64,000 nt of DNA from an uncultured delta proteobacterium (GCA_963767925.1 CAVYGB010000008.1:2432001-2496000), one strand, 5' to 3'. Positions 20,053 to 32,331 are shown, counted from the stretch's first letter. The notes: a model not told the origin generated them from the sequence alone. Numbers and translations: made by a program.

Positions 20053-20664
20053 TCAGGGGGTATCGAGCGGGCCCGGGCAGAGCGCGCGGAGCCGGCAGCC
20101 GGCGCAGCGCGCCCCGCGCCAGATGCGATCGTAGAGGTCCTGCACCTCGTCGAGCAGGAGGTCGTCGCCAGAGACGAAGCCGAGCTCGAAGTTCCGGCGC
20201 CCTTCCCCCTTCGCGCCCAGTCCGGCGCCGGTCCAGTTCGCGCTGCCGAGGTAGACCCGGGCGCTGTCGATCACGACAACCTTGAAGTGCACGCGGGGGC
20301 AGGCGCGCATCTCGAACGAGCCGGCGCCGGCGGTGCCATCGAGGAGGTGGGGTCGGCGTCCGAGCTCGGCGCGAAACAGCCGGGAGGGCTCACCGGCGTG
20401 CAGCAGCCGGATCTCCACCCCCTTGCCCACCAGCTCGTCGAAGGCCGCCAGGATCGATCGGTAGCGGCGGGCACGCCGGCCCAGGGTGCGCCGCCGGCCC
20501 GGCCGGGCGCGGCTGTCCTCGACCAACAGCTCCTTGAGGTTGGCGGTGGCGATCCAGACGCTGCGGGCGGCCTGCAGCACCGGCTCGATCACCGCCTCGT
20601 AGTGGCCGCGCCCGGCGACGAGCTGGACCGGCACCGCGCGGGTGGCCCGGACGAAGTCGGTCAC
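20053..20664 (-). CDS. Single-HKD phospholipase D/nuclease-family protein with C-terminal CxxCx5C
   Basis: HFKVVVID...GSANWTGAG...NFELG; C-terminal CAGCRLRALC. Confidence 0.8.
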   Translation of the reverse strand: MTDFVRATRAVPVQLVAGRGHYEAVIEPVLQAARSVWIATANLKELLVEDSRARPGRRRTLGRRARRYRSILAAFDELVGKGVEIRLLHAGEPSRLFRAELGRRPHLLDGTAGAGSFEMRACPRVHFKVVVIDSARVYLGSANWTGAGLGAKGEGRRNFELGFVSGDDLLLDEVQDLYDRIWRGARCAGCRLRALCPGPLDTP

Positions 20665-20667
20665 CCT

Positions 20668-21984
20668 TCAGGTTCCGTCGCCACCCGCGGCGGAGCGCAG
20701 GCGGGGACGGAGATCGACGCGCGGCAGATCGGGCAAGGGCTTCTTGCCGTTGGCGCCGAGCTCCTCGAGGCGACGGGCGCTGGGCAGGACGCGCGACTCC
20801 AGCGAGGCCGCCGCGGCGTTGAAGTGTTCGGTCGCCTTGTTGAGGGCGGTCCCCAGACGGGCCCAGTGCTCGAGCAGGGTCGCGACCCGCTCGTGCAGGA
20901 TGCGGCCCTGCTCGCTGACCTGCTCGGCGTTCTCCGCCAGACGCTCCTGCCGCCAGCCGTAGTGGACCGTCTGCAAGAGGGCGATCAGCGTGGTGGGGGT
21001 GGCGAGCAACACCTTGCGGCCCACCCCCTCCTCGAGCAGCGAGGGCGAGTCCTCGACCGCGGCCCCGAAGATGGCCTCGCCGGGCAGGAACATCACGACG
21101 AACTCGGGGGCCTGGGGCAGCTCGGCCCAGTAGGACTTGCTGCTCAGCTTGGTGAGGTGGGCCCGCACCTGGGACCCGTGCTCGCGGAGGCGGGCGCGAC
21201 GATCGGTCTCGCTCGTCGCCTCCATGGCCTGCAGGTAACCCTCGAGCGGAACCTTGGCGTCGACAACCACGTGCCGGCCGCCCGGCATGCGCACCACCAG
21301 GTCGGGGCGCAGCCGCCGCTCATCGCCCACCAGGGTCATCTGCTGCACGAAATCGCAGTGCTCGAGCATCCCCGCCAGCTCCACCACCCGGCGGAGCTGC
21401 ATCTCGCCCCAGCGGCCGCGCACCGCCGGCGAGCGGAGCGCGCGGGCCAGGCTGCCGGTCTCGTTCGAGAGCCTGTCGTTGGCCGAGGCCAGCCCGCGCA
21501 CCTGCTCCATGAGCTGGCCGTGGGCGCGCCCCCGTTCATTTTCCAGGGCCTGGATCTTGCTGTCGACCTTGTCGAGCGAGTCGCGAACCGGGGCCACCAG
21601 CCCCTCGATGGCCTTCTGCCGCGCCTCCAGCGCGGCGTCGGTCTGGCTGCGTTCGGCCCGCAGCTTCTCGGCGGCCAGGGTCATGAAACCCCGCGTGTTG
21701 GCGGCCAGCGCGTCGGCGGCCAGCGCCCGGAAGGTGTCGCCGAGGCGCGCCTCGGCGCAGGTGAGCAGCGACCGATGCTCCTCGAGCCGCGTCCGCAGCT
21801 CGGCCGCCTGGGTCTCGGCGACCGCCCGCCCGCGCTCGGCGGCGACCCGGGCCTCCTCCAGGGTCCGACCCCGGACCTCGGCCGCTACCCGGGCGCGGCC
21901 CGCGCCCAGCAGCCAACCAAGAACGACGCCGAATCCTGCGCCGCAGACCAGGATCAAGACCCAGCCGAAGGTGGAGCCAGCCAT
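20668..21984 (-). CDS. rmuC: DNA recombination protein RmuC
   Basis: N-terminal TM and coiled coil, RGRWGEMQLRRVVELAG, RPDLVVRMPG..VVVDAKVPL, FVVMFLPGE, ATPTTLIALL. Confidence 0.92.
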   Translation of the reverse strand: MAGSTFGWVLILVCGAGFGVVLGWLLGAGRARVAAEVRGRTLEEARVAAERGRAVAETQAAELRTRLEEHRSLLTCAEARLGDTFRALAADALAANTRGFMTLAAEKLRAERSQTDAALEARQKAIEGLVAPVRDSLDKVDSKIQALENERGRAHGQLMEQVRGLASANDRLSNETGSLARALRSPAVRGRWGEMQLRRVVELAGMLEHCDFVQQMTLVGDERRLRPDLVVRMPGGRHVVVDAKVPLEGYLQAMEATSETDRRARLREHGSQVRAHLTKLSSKSYWAELPQAPEFVVMFLPGEAIFGAAVEDSPSLLEEGVGRKVLLATPTTLIALLQTVHYGWRQERLAENAEQVSEQGRILHERVATLLEHWARLGTALNKATEHFNAAAASLESRVLPSARRLEELGANGKKPLPDLPRVDLRPRLRSAAGGDGT

Positions 21985-22115
21985 CCCGGCAGGCTATCCG
22001 AATGTTCAGGTGCCTGGCAAATAACCCATCATTTCGCCGCCCCAGCCCCGGGGCCGCCTCATGATGCATCGTTCCAGAGATAGCTGCGACCACCCCTCGG
22101 CGGTCGGGCCACCCG

Positions 22116-22412
22116 CTAGAGCATCGTGACCACGCCCTTGACCTTCGAGAGGCGGGCGTAGAGGGCGAGGACGTCCTCCGCGGAGGCGCAGGGGACCTTG
22201 ATGCGGTGGCTCGTGTATTTGCCGCCGCGGCTGGGAATCAGCTCGTAGGCGCTGTCGGCGAGGGGCCCGGGCAGCCCATCTTCGACCGCCGCCCGCAGGT
22301 CGGAGGAGACCTGCTCCCCGGTGACGGTGATGACGGACAGGTGGTACTCGCCCGGGAACGTGTGGGCGGCCCTCAGAAGCTCGAGCGTACGGGTGCGCGC
22401 GTCTTCGCTCAC
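22116..22412 (-). CDS. DUF493 (YbeD-like) protein
   Basis: HTFPGEY, SRGGKYTSH, LYARLSKVKGVVTML. Confidence 0.75.
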   Translation of the reverse strand: MSEDARTRTLELLRAAHTFPGEYHLSVITVTGEQVSSDLRAAVEDGLPGPLADSAYELIPSRGGKYTSHRIKVPCASAEDVLALYARLSKVKGVVTML

Positions 22413-22424
22413 TCTCTACTCAGT

Positions 22425-23519
22425 CTAGAACGACTCCACCCGTGATTCCCAGTCCAGGCAACCAGTATCCGCCTCACCCATGCGGGGGTTGACGATGACC
22501 ACGTTGGCCTGATCGAGCAGGGCCCGCCGGGTGCGCTTGACCTGGATCGGCAGGACCAGGTTCATGCGTTCGCGCATGGGAGAGAAGGTCCAGGCCGAGA
22601 CGACCTTCTCCATGCAGGTAGTCACCGGACATTCCGTCTCGTCGTAGGTCGAGCGGGCGATCCAGTGGGACAGGACCTCCCCCTCGCGCGAGAGCGCGAG
22701 GCCAACGCCCACGAAGCCCGGCTGGTGGCAGCTGAGCGGCAGGGGATCGAAGCAGCGGTGCAGGCTGGGCGTCTCGAACTGGGCCTTGGCCCGGATCAGC
22801 CGCTCCACCTCGAGCGGGGTGGCGGTGCGCGGGATGGCCCAGCGCTCGTCGAAGTCGGTCACCGCGAGCGCCGCGGGGACCGACCCCAGCAAGGTGGCCA
22901 GGGCCGCGACCGGGGTGCCCAGCGCGGCGGCCCGGACCAGCTTGCGGAAGGTGCCCGAAGCGAGCCAGGTCCAGCGCTCGCTCATCGGCACGGCCTGGCG
23001 GCCCAGGCGCCGGCGCGTGATCACGAAGGTCGAGGTCCCGATCTCGATCCGCACCTTGCCCTCCTGAGGCAAGGGCAGCCCGACCGGTCCCTGGCGCAGG
23101 AAGGCCTCGAGCGGAGTTGTCGATCGTCCATGTTCGATCGCGCCGCTCATCCCCGGCAGGAGGCCGATCTCGTAGTCGGCGCCGACCCGTCGGACCAGGT
23201 CGATGTCGGTCATCGCGAAGGCGTCGGCCTCGATGTCGGCCCCCAGCCGGTAGCGGCCGACCCGGGCCCTCACCCAGCGCCCGGAGGCGATCGCGACCGC
23301 CCCTGCCACGCCCAGCCAGGACAGAAAAAATGTCGGGGCATGCGCCACCAACCCGAACCCCTTCACCAACCCCGCCGCCAGAGCCATCGCCAGCAGCACC
23401 AGCATTGCGCTGATCGTGCCCGCCAGAACAGCCGCCGAGCGCTCTCGCTCCGGTGAGAGGGTACGCACGGTCTGAAGCTCGCCCCGATCGAATACGGCCA
23501 CCACTACGGGTCGCTCCAC
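22425..23519 (-). CDS. Membrane protein with AgmX/PglI (TonB-C-like) C-terminal domain
   Basis: N-terminal TM helices; C-terminal LHRCF...LSREGEV...STY...TCMEKVVSAWTF...VLPIQV pattern; GGAGG RBS. Confidence 0.55.
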   Translation of the reverse strand: MERPVVVAVFDRGELQTVRTLSPERERSAAVLAGTISAMLVLLAMALAAGLVKGFGLVAHAPTFFLSWLGVAGAVAIASGRWVRARVGRYRLGADIEADAFAMTDIDLVRRVGADYEIGLLPGMSGAIEHGRSTTPLEAFLRQGPVGLPLPQEGKVRIEIGTSTFVITRRRLGRQAVPMSERWTWLASGTFRKLVRAAALGTPVAALATLLGSVPAALAVTDFDERWAIPRTATPLEVERLIRAKAQFETPSLHRCFDPLPLSCHQPGFVGVGLALSREGEVLSHWIARSTYDETECPVTTCMEKVVSAWTFSPMRERMNLVLPIQVKRTRRALLDQANVVIVNPRMGEADTGCLDWESRVESF

Positions 23520-23652
23520 GATCCACCTCCTTAAGCGCTACATCGTGACTATAAGCATAAGCGGTAGAACGAGCAGGGCACTTGAGAAGAGGCCCGCCGG
23601 TTGCAGAGACTGGAAAAAGTTTTGCGACGGGCGCGCGACGACGTGCGGCCTG

Positions 23653-23985
23653 TCACGTACTCCCGGTGGCGCCCGCCATGGATGCGAGGGCCGACTCCAG
23701 CTCGCCAAGGGCGTGGTGATCGCCCTGTTTCGAGCAGATTTCGACGCCTTTTCGCCAGACCGTCCCGGCGTCGTCCGGGCGGCCCGTCGCCACCAGAGCG
23801 TTGCCCGCGTGCAGGTAGCTGGCCGTGTAGTCGGGATGTTCGGCGAGCAGGCGCTCGAAGACCGTCCAGGCCTGGGCGTGGTCACCGGCGTTGCGGTGCT
23901 CGAGCGCGAGCGCGTATTTGGGAAAGGGGTCCTGCGGGCGCGCCTGCACGAAGGTCTGCAATCGGGCGATCCGTTCCGCTGCCAA
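23653..23985 (-). CDS. Small TPR protein
   Basis: TTG start after GAGGAGGAG; PQDPFPKYALALEH...FERLLAEHPDYTASYLHAG...GDHHALGEL. Confidence 0.8.
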   Translation of the reverse strand: MAAERIARLQTFVQARPQDPFPKYALALEHRNAGDHAQAWTVFERLLAEHPDYTASYLHAGNALVATGRPDDAGTVWRKGVEICSKQGDHHALGELESALASMAGATGST

Positions 23986-24213
23986 GGCTCCTCCTCGCGT
24001 GAAGCTGGTGATGTCGGGCGCGGCGCGACATGCGTCGCCAGCCGATGCGCGTGCGCCGGTCAGCCCGGTAAAACGTCGAGTATTCAACTGCAAAACAGCG
24101 CTCGCAAGCCGAGGTTTCGCGGGCGCTCGTCCGCTGGGTTTGAATTGACGGGAGTCGGGCAATCCCGCAAGGTCAGTGGACGGAAGGGAACCCGACGGGC
24201 TGCACGGCGCGCG

Positions 24214-25089
24214 ATGCGAGGAGAGTTCGAGCGATTTCTCGGTGTCGACCTCGGCGGAGGGAAGGGAAAAAAGACCGCCGTGGCGGTGCTCGAGCGCCGG
24301 GAGGATGGCATCGCGGTTGTGGCGCTGCTCCCGCGCTCCGGCGATGCGCCCCTCTACGACGCCGGCCTCATCGAAGAGCTGCGCTCCCGGGCCAGCGGCG
24401 CGCTCCTGTGCGTCGATGCTCCGCTGACCCTGCCTCCCTGCCTGCGCTGCGCTGAGCAGGTCTGTCCCGGCCAGGACCGCTGCGTCGACCCCGCCGTGGT
24501 GGAGATGCGGCGGCTGGCCGGCAGCGCCCTTGTACCCTCGCGGGACCATCGGCGGGGCAAGCCGGCCGTTACGCCTTACACGCAGCGGGTGACCGAGGTC
24601 TACCTGCGTGAGCGGCGAGCCGTGATCCCGCGCGAGACCCTCGGCCAGGGGATGGGCCCGCTCACCGCCCGGGCGAGCCACCTGCTGCGCGCGCTGGCCG
24701 GCCACTTCCGCCTCGACGACAACGCCATCGAGGTCTATCCCAAGGCCACCCTGGCCCTGCTGCAGCTCTCCGATCCGTACAAGAAGCAAGCAGACGCCCG
24801 CTTGCGCCTGCTGGAGCGGATGCAGGGTCTCAGCTTCGCTCCCGGGGTGTGGCGCGAGGAGTGTGTCCAGAGCGACCACGCCTTCGACGCCATCGTGTGC
24901 GCCTACACCGGCTATCTCTACGCCCGCGACGACTGGCAGCTCCCCGCCGGCTGCGCGGTCAACCCCTCCCGCGACGGCTGGATCTGGGTCCCACCCGAGG
25001 CGAGCGCGCCCACCGAGAGCGGCGACCGCGACGACGCCAGCCCGGAGGCCAGCACCGTCGCGGCAGTCCGCCGCCGCAGCCTGCTCTAG
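24214..25089 (+). CDS. DUF429 / predicted RNase H-like nuclease
   Basis: FLGVDLGG, CVDAPLTLP, IEVYPKAT, DHAFDAIVCAYT, DGWIWVP. Confidence 0.8.
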   Translation: MRGEFERFLGVDLGGGKGKKTAVAVLERREDGIAVVALLPRSGDAPLYDAGLIEELRSRASGALLCVDAPLTLPPCLRCAEQVCPGQDRCVDPAVVEMRRLAGSALVPSRDHRRGKPAVTPYTQRVTEVYLRERRAVIPRETLGQGMGPLTARASHLLRALAGHFRLDDNAIEVYPKATLALLQLSDPYKKQADARLRLLERMQGLSFAPGVWREECVQSDHAFDAIVCAYTGYLYARDDWQLPAGCAVNPSRDGWIWVPPEASAPTESGDRDDASPEASTVAAVRRRSLL

Positions 25090-25227
25090 TCCCCTGGGAC
25101 AGTGATTTCTCGCATACGTCGCCGGTCCTCTTCGTCCCTGGCCGCGTTGCTCGTCGGTTGAATACGCCAGGTATTCGCCCTCCTCGCGCCGTACCAGGAC
25201 CGAAGATGCCTCGCCGAGATATGCAAG
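25086..25227. mobile_element. Palindromic MITE-like repeat, copy 1 (right terminus lost)
   Basis: Matches the reverse complement of 35382-35523 with 13 mismatches in 142 nt (hand alignment). Begins at the CTAG containing the DUF429 stop codon. Confidence 0.8.
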
Positions 25228-25268
25228 ACGGGGACGACGACGGTCGCCCCGTCAAATAGGGACGCCCC

Positions 25269-25976
25269 CTAGCGCAGGACGATCGGTTCGGGGGGGAGGG
25301 CTTCGAGGGGCTGGCGCTTGGCGCTCTCGCTGTCCGCCCGCTTGGCGGCGGCGGCGGTCAGCAGCGGGGCGGTGCCCCGGTCGCGCAGGAACTCGAGGAA
25401 GACCAGCGCCGAGGGCAGCTCCGCGGCCGGGATCTCGTCGAGTAGATCGCGGGCCTGCCGGCGCAGGATCTCTCCGGGGGCCTCGCCCGAGGGGATGATC
25501 GGTCGCGGCAGCTCGGGTGGCTCCTCCGGTGGCTCCACCCGGCCCCAGGGGGGCGTGTTGGCCACCTGGATCTGCATGTGCTCGAGCCAGGTCTGGATGT
25601 GGAAGTGAAGCAGGTCGGAGCGGTAGGCGAACCAGCGCTCGCGCTCGGCCGGGAAGGCGAGCAGGACGTCCTTGAAGCGACGGAAGGCCCCCTTGCCGTC
25701 GATGGCGACGAGGAGCCGCTCGCGCAAGGCCTGGTCGGCCACCGAGGCGACGAACCGCTCCATCCAGCGGTACTGCTCGCGCGAAGAAGCCGGATCGACC
25801 CGCAGGTACCGTCCCGGGTTGTTCGCGACCTTCGCCCGCCGGGCTGCCGCGTCCGGCTCGCCCTCGATGATGGCCAGTAAGTCGCCGTTCTCGAGGTCGA
25901 GGAAGCTCTCCTGGTCAGGCGAATTGCGTTCGAAAGCGATCTCGAGATCGCTCCAGTTGATGTTTATCGGCGGCAT
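25269..25976 (-). CDS. UPF0158-family protein
   Basis: [16 protein letters not shown]...FLDLENGD...[11 protein letters not shown]...[15 protein letters not shown]...ERWFAYR. Confidence 0.8.
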   Translation of the reverse strand: MPPININWSDLEIAFERNSPDQESFLDLENGDLLAIIEGEPDAAARRAKVANNPGRYLRVDPASSREQYRWMERFVASVADQALRERLLVAIDGKGAFRRFKDVLLAFPAERERWFAYRSDLLHFHIQTWLEHMQIQVANTPPWGRVEPPEEPPELPRPIIPSGEAPGEILRRQARDLLDEIPAAELPSALVFLEFLRDRGTAPLLTAAAAKRADSESAKRQPLEALPPEPIVLR

Positions 25977-26378
25977 TTTGTCAGTAGCTCCTTCCGGCCC
26001 TCCTCCCACGGAAAGCACAGGAAAGAATGGAATTTCCCCATAGACTAGTTGCGGGACCCAGGGTTTGCAACGCCTGGGCCCGACGAAGGTTGGCGCGAGC
26101 CCCCCCGACCTCGAGCGTGCGACCCGATCGTCGGGCCGAGCCGGGTCGGCAACGCCTGTGAGCCAATTCGGTGAGCTGCGCGAACACGGTGCGCCCCTCG
26201 ACCGGGTGGCCGACCGCAGGCAGGACCAGGGCCAGCACGAAGACCGGGAATAACATAAGGACCAGCGCTCGGGTGCGCGCCCGAAACGCGCCAGCGAGAG
26301 CACAGGAAGACCATCCGCAGGGTTGATCTGGGGCCCGCCAGACGGTAAATTCATGCGTCCTCGTTTTGGGAGGTTCGC

Positions 26379-26657
26379 TTGGCTCGCGTCACTGTCGAAG
26401 ATTGCCTGGAGAAGGTCCCCAATCGGTTCGCGCTCGTGATTCTCGGGGCCGAACGCGCCCGCCAGCTCGCCGCAGGAGCACGTTCGCTCGTCCGCTGCGA
26501 CAACAAGCCGGCGGTGACATCGCTGCGAGAGATCGCCCGCGGTCACGTTCGCTTCAACGAGGTGGTCGACCAGACGGTTCGCCAGTACCTCGCGGAGGTG
26601 CGCACCCGCGGCAACCGCACGGGCCCCGGCGGCCGATCCGGCTCGGCGGCCCGCTGA
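26379..26657 (+). CDS. rpoZ: RNA polymerase omega subunit (copy 1)
   Basis: [30 protein letters not shown]...[23 protein letters not shown] start. Confidence 0.93.
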   Translation: MARVTVEDCLEKVPNRFALVILGAERARQLAAGARSLVRCDNKPAVTSLREIARGHVRFNEVVDQTVRQYLAEVRTRGNRTGPGGRSGSAAR

Positions 26658-26685
26658 GGCGGCGCCCGAGTCCGCCGGTCCAGCG

Positions 26686-27960
26686 TCACCCGCGGGCGAC
26701 GAGATAAAACTTCAGGTAATTGCCCTCAGGAAAGCCGGGGGCCACGGGGTAGTCGGGGGGTAGGCCGACGCGTCCGACCACGAGGGCCGGGCAGCGGGCG
26801 GCGGCGCCCCCCTCGGCCAGGGCTCGCTCCACGTCGGCGGCGCTGAGCTTGGTGGCATTGGTCGAGAAGGCCAGTAAACCACCTGGCTCGAGCACGCGCA
26901 GGCAGGCCGCCGCGAGCTGGCCGAGGTCGCGGGTCACGGAGAACGCCGCCCCGGCCCCCTGGCTGTGGGAAAACGTCGGCGGATCGCAGACCACGATGTC
27001 GAAGCGGCGGCCCCGCGAGGCGAAGAGATCGAGGGTCTTGCCCGCCTCGGCGGTGATGGCCTCGATCCGCCCGGGCTCGAGGCCCGACAGCTCGCAGTTG
27101 CGGCGCGCGCGTGCGTGGACCTTGGCTACGGTGTCGACCGCCACCACCTCCCGCGCGCCGGCGGCGACGGCGCGCACCGAGAAGGCGCCGGTGTAGGAGA
27201 ACAGGTTGAGCACCCGACGGTCGGCCGCCCGGGCGGCGACCGCCTCCCGCCCCCCACGCAGGTCGGGAAAGAAGCCCACCCCGAGGGGCGCCGTCACGTC
27301 GACCCCGAAGCGGCAACCCGCCTCCTCGACGATCACCTCCAGGGGCGCCTCGGCGCCGCGCGCGCGCGTCGAGGGCTCGGGTGGCGCCTGGCCGCCGAGG
27401 GGCCGCAGCCGGCGCTGCTCGTACAGGCCCACCGGGTGGACGCTCGCCTCGATGGCGTCGTACAGCTCGTCGCGCCACGGCAAGGCCCCCGCGGTCAACC
27501 ACTGCACGACGACGAAGTCTCCGTAGCGGTCGACGTTCACCCCCGGCAGCCCCTCGCTGTCGCCCGAGAACAGGCGCATGGCGACCGGCTGAGGCCCGGG
27601 GGGCCCCGCGGCGGCGTGCAGCCAGCGGAGCTGGACGGCGCGCTTGAAGCGGTCGGCGATGGCGCCCGCGCCCGGGTGCACGCGCTGCTCGGGATCGCGG
27701 CTCAGGACCCGCACGGCGATGGTGTGGTCCTGGTCCACGAAGCCCCGCCCCACGAACTCCTGGTTGCCGCCCTGCAGCTCGACGAGGCTACCGGTCGCCT
27801 CGGTTATCGCGCGGCCGCCGAGCGCCTCCCGAAACACCCACGGGTGGCCCAGGGCCACCCGTCGCGCCGCGTCCGCCGAGAGACGGTACTGACCGCGGCG
27901 CGAAAAAGGCTCGGTGCTCCGACCACGCGCCGCAGGACGCGATCTCCGGACCGCAGTCAT
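26686..27960 (-). CDS. PUA-domain class I SAM-dependent rRNA methyltransferase (RlmI/RlmK family)
   Basis: [48 protein letters not shown]. Confidence 0.85.
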   Translation of the reverse strand: MTAVRRSRPAARGRSTEPFSRRGQYRLSADAARRVALGHPWVFREALGGRAITEATGSLVELQGGNQEFVGRGFVDQDHTIAVRVLSRDPEQRVHPGAGAIADRFKRAVQLRWLHAAAGPPGPQPVAMRLFSGDSEGLPGVNVDRYGDFVVVQWLTAGALPWRDELYDAIEASVHPVGLYEQRRLRPLGGQAPPEPSTRARGAEAPLEVIVEEAGCRFGVDVTAPLGVGFFPDLRGGREAVAARAADRRVLNLFSYTGAFSVRAVAAGAREVVAVDTVAKVHARARRNCELSGLEPGRIEAITAEAGKTLDLFASRGRRFDIVVCDPPTFSHSQGAGAAFSVTRDLGQLAAACLRVLEPGGLLAFSTNATKLSAADVERALAEGGAAARCPALVVGRVGLPPDYPVAPGFPEGNYLKFYLVARG

Positions 27961-28040
27961 GACGGCCAGTACCAGATGAATAATGACGGGCGCAAGGCGG
28001 CGCCAAAAATAGGGAGGCCCCTGCCCCCTGTCAAAGCGTG

Positions 28041-28057
28041 TCGCACATTATGTGTGA
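28041..28057. promoter_or_regulatory. Imperfect palindrome in a lower-GC divergent intergenic region; candidate regulator site
   Basis: tcgcacat-t-atgtgtga (7 of 8 arm positions pair). Confidence 0.3.
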
Positions 28058-28265
28058 TTGATGCCGAAAAAATTGTGGGATGCGTTGCGCCGGGCAACGC
28101 TGTTTGGGGGTCACCAGGATTGACTTCGGGCCGTGCTTCCTCGAAAACCTAGCTAGTTGTGCGTGCTGAACCGGGGTCCTCAGGGCGCTCGTAGGGCCTG
28201 GGGCGGAGGTAGGTGCAACTGCTCCAAAGGCGCGGCGCACGTCCATTTTCCGAACTGGAGGTCTC

Positions 28266-29375
28266 ATGTCGTCGAGCTCGCCCCGCAACGCCAACTCCCG
28301 GAGCAAGGCCTCCCCGGCGGAGTCGCGCAAACGGACGCAAGAAGTGGAGACGGGCGACGGCAAGGAGGGCCTGCCCGCCGGAAGCCCAGAGGCGATCACC
28401 CCCTCGCCGGGCGCGACCGCCGCCGAGCTGGCCACCTCCGCCCTCGACGCTGCCGCTGGCGAGGCCCGAGTCGCCGACGAGGTGCCGACCACGGTCGGTT
28501 CAGCGGCCGCCGACCTGGCTCCCGAGGCCCGACCTGCCGAGCCCGCCGAGGAGGCCAGGACCCCGGAGCCCCGGGAGGTCGAGTCCGTCGAGTCCTTTGT
28601 GGGCTCCGAATCGTCGCCCCTCGGGCGCGAGATCCTGGGCGCTGCGCAGGACATGGAGGGCGAGTGGTCGCCCGAGCCGCCGCGCCCGGTGCCCGGAGCG
28701 GCGCCGGCCAGCGCCCTCGAGCTGCTCGACGAGACCGACCTCATCGCCGAGGCCCCCGGCTCGTCCACCAGCGGTCTGATCGTCGTGAGCCCCTCGGCGC
28801 CCCCCACGCGCGACGAGGAGTTCCTCCGCCGGGTGGTCCTGCCCCCCCTGCCCACCACGGCCCCTTCGGGCTCGGTGCCGCGGCAGTCGTATTACGAGGA
28901 GGACACCCAGGACAAGACGGTCATCTCCGACCCTCCGTCCCCCGAGATGGTGGCGAGCTGGGGCCGCCCCTCCCGGGCCGGCGCCACCGCCCGCGCCCTC
29001 CAGCGCCGGATGAAGGCGCCGGTGGCGCTGACCACCCTGGAGCTGCTCGGGCTGCTGACCGGCTCGGCGCTGGCGGGCGGGCTGATCGGGGCGCTCTTCA
29101 TGTCGGTGCCGCAGGCCGCCGCCGACCGGCAGGCCACCCCCCCGGCGCTGGTGGCCTCGCCGGACGAGCCGGCGGCCGCCGCGGTGGCGCCGGCCGTGCC
29201 CCCGATTCCCCCTCCCCTGCCCACGCCCCGGCCCACGGTCGAGTCGCTCAACCCTCCGGAGACCCTCGAGCCGGCCGAGCCGCCGCCCACCACCCAGCGC
29301 GCCCGGAAGAGCTCCCGACGCAGCGCCGCCCGGAAGGCCACCAAGAAGGAATGGGTCGACCCCTTCGAGCAATGA
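28266..29375 (+). CDS. Hypothetical low-complexity single-pass membrane protein upstream of pilB
   Basis: GGAGG RBS; acidic/Pro-rich N-terminus, one TM segment, terminal KEWVDPFEQ. Confidence 0.65.
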   Translation: MSSSSPRNANSRSKASPAESRKRTQEVETGDGKEGLPAGSPEAITPSPGATAAELATSALDAAAGEARVADEVPTTVGSAAADLAPEARPAEPAEEARTPEPREVESVESFVGSESSPLGREILGAAQDMEGEWSPEPPRPVPGAAPASALELLDETDLIAEAPGSSTSGLIVVSPSAPPTRDEEFLRRVVLPPLPTTAPSGSVPRQSYYEEDTQDKTVISDPPSPEMVASWGRPSRAGATARALQRRMKAPVALTTLELLGLLTGSALAGGLIGALFMSVPQAAADRQATPPALVASPDEPAAAAVAPAVPPIPPPLPTPRPTVESLNPPETLEPAEPPPTTQRARKSSRRSAARKATKKEWVDPFEQ

Positions 29376-29458
29376 GCTCCCGGACCGCGCCCGGTCCACT
29401 CGGCAGGACGACGCGCTAAAGACTCCGCGTCCATCCGTCGACGGCTTATGGGAGACCC

Positions 29459-31157
<1,699 letters not shown>

Positions 31158-31187
31158 CGCGATACCGGACGAGAGCGGGGAGGATCG

Positions 31188-32328
31188 ATGGCGACAGCAG
31201 GGGCACCGAGCGGGCTCAATCTTCAACAGCTCCTGAAGGCCATGGTGGAGAAGGGGGCCTCCGATCTGCACATCACGACCGGTTCGCCGCCGCAGCTGCG
31301 CATCGATGGCTCGCTGGTGCCCCTGCGCACCAACCCCCTCAACCCGGTCGAGACCAAGCAGCTCTGCTACTCGGTGTTGACCGACGAGCAGAAGCTGCGC
31401 TTCGAGGAGGACCTCGAGCTCGACTTCTCCTTCGGGGTGCGGGGGCTGTCCCGCTTCCGCGGCAATCTCTTCATGCAGCGGGGGGCGGTGGGCGGGCGCC
31501 TTCCGCACCATCCCCTTCCAGATCCAGACCTTTCAGGAGCTGGGCCTGCCCCAGGTGCTCGACGAGCTGTGCAACAAGCCGCGCGGGCCTGGTGCTGGTG
31601 ACGGGCCCCACCGGGTCGGGCAAGTCGACGACCCTGGCCGCCATGATCGACAAGATCAACACGCGAGCGGCACGAGCACATCATCACGATCGAAGACCCC
31701 ATCGAGTACCTGCACTCGCACAAGAACTGCGTGATCAACCAGCGCGAGATCGGCACCGACACCAACTCGTTCAAGCAGGCGCTCAAGCACATCCTGCGGC
31801 AGGACCCGGACGTCGTGCTGGTGGGCGAGATGCGCGACCTCGAGACCATCGAGGCGGCGCTGGTCACGGCCGAGACCGGCCACCTCGTGTTCGCCACCCT
31901 GCACACCAACTCGGCCGCTGCAGACCATCAACCGCATCATCGACGTCTTTCCGCCCCACCAGCAGTCGCAGATCCGCGCCCAGCTGTCGTTCGTGCTCGA
32001 AGGCGTCATCGCCCAGAGCCTGGTGCCCAAGGCCGACGGCCAGGGCCGGGTGCCGGCCATGGAGATCATGATCCCCAACGCCGCCATCCGGAACCTGATC
32101 CGCGAGGACAAGATCCACCAGATCTACTCGCAGATGCAGATCGGCCAGGGCAAGTCGGGCATGCAGACCCTGAACCAGTGCCTGGCCTCGCTGTTCCTGC
32201 GGCGGCTCGTCTCGCTGGAGGAGGCGGTGGCCCACAGCTCCGACCCGGACGAGCTGCAGCAGATCATCGCCTCGGGCGGCGTACAAGGTGGACGGCCCTC
32301 GGCGCGGCCATCGTTGAGCAAGGAGTGA
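31188..32328 (+). CDS. pilT: Type IV pilus retraction ATPase PilT; several frameshifts
   Basis: [71 protein letters not shown]. Confidence 0.92.
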
Positions 32329-32331
32329 TCG

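Noticed and set aside
23986..24213. Possible riboswitch between the small TPR gene and DUF429
   Set aside because: No recognisable aptamer consensus; consistent with a divergent promoter region.
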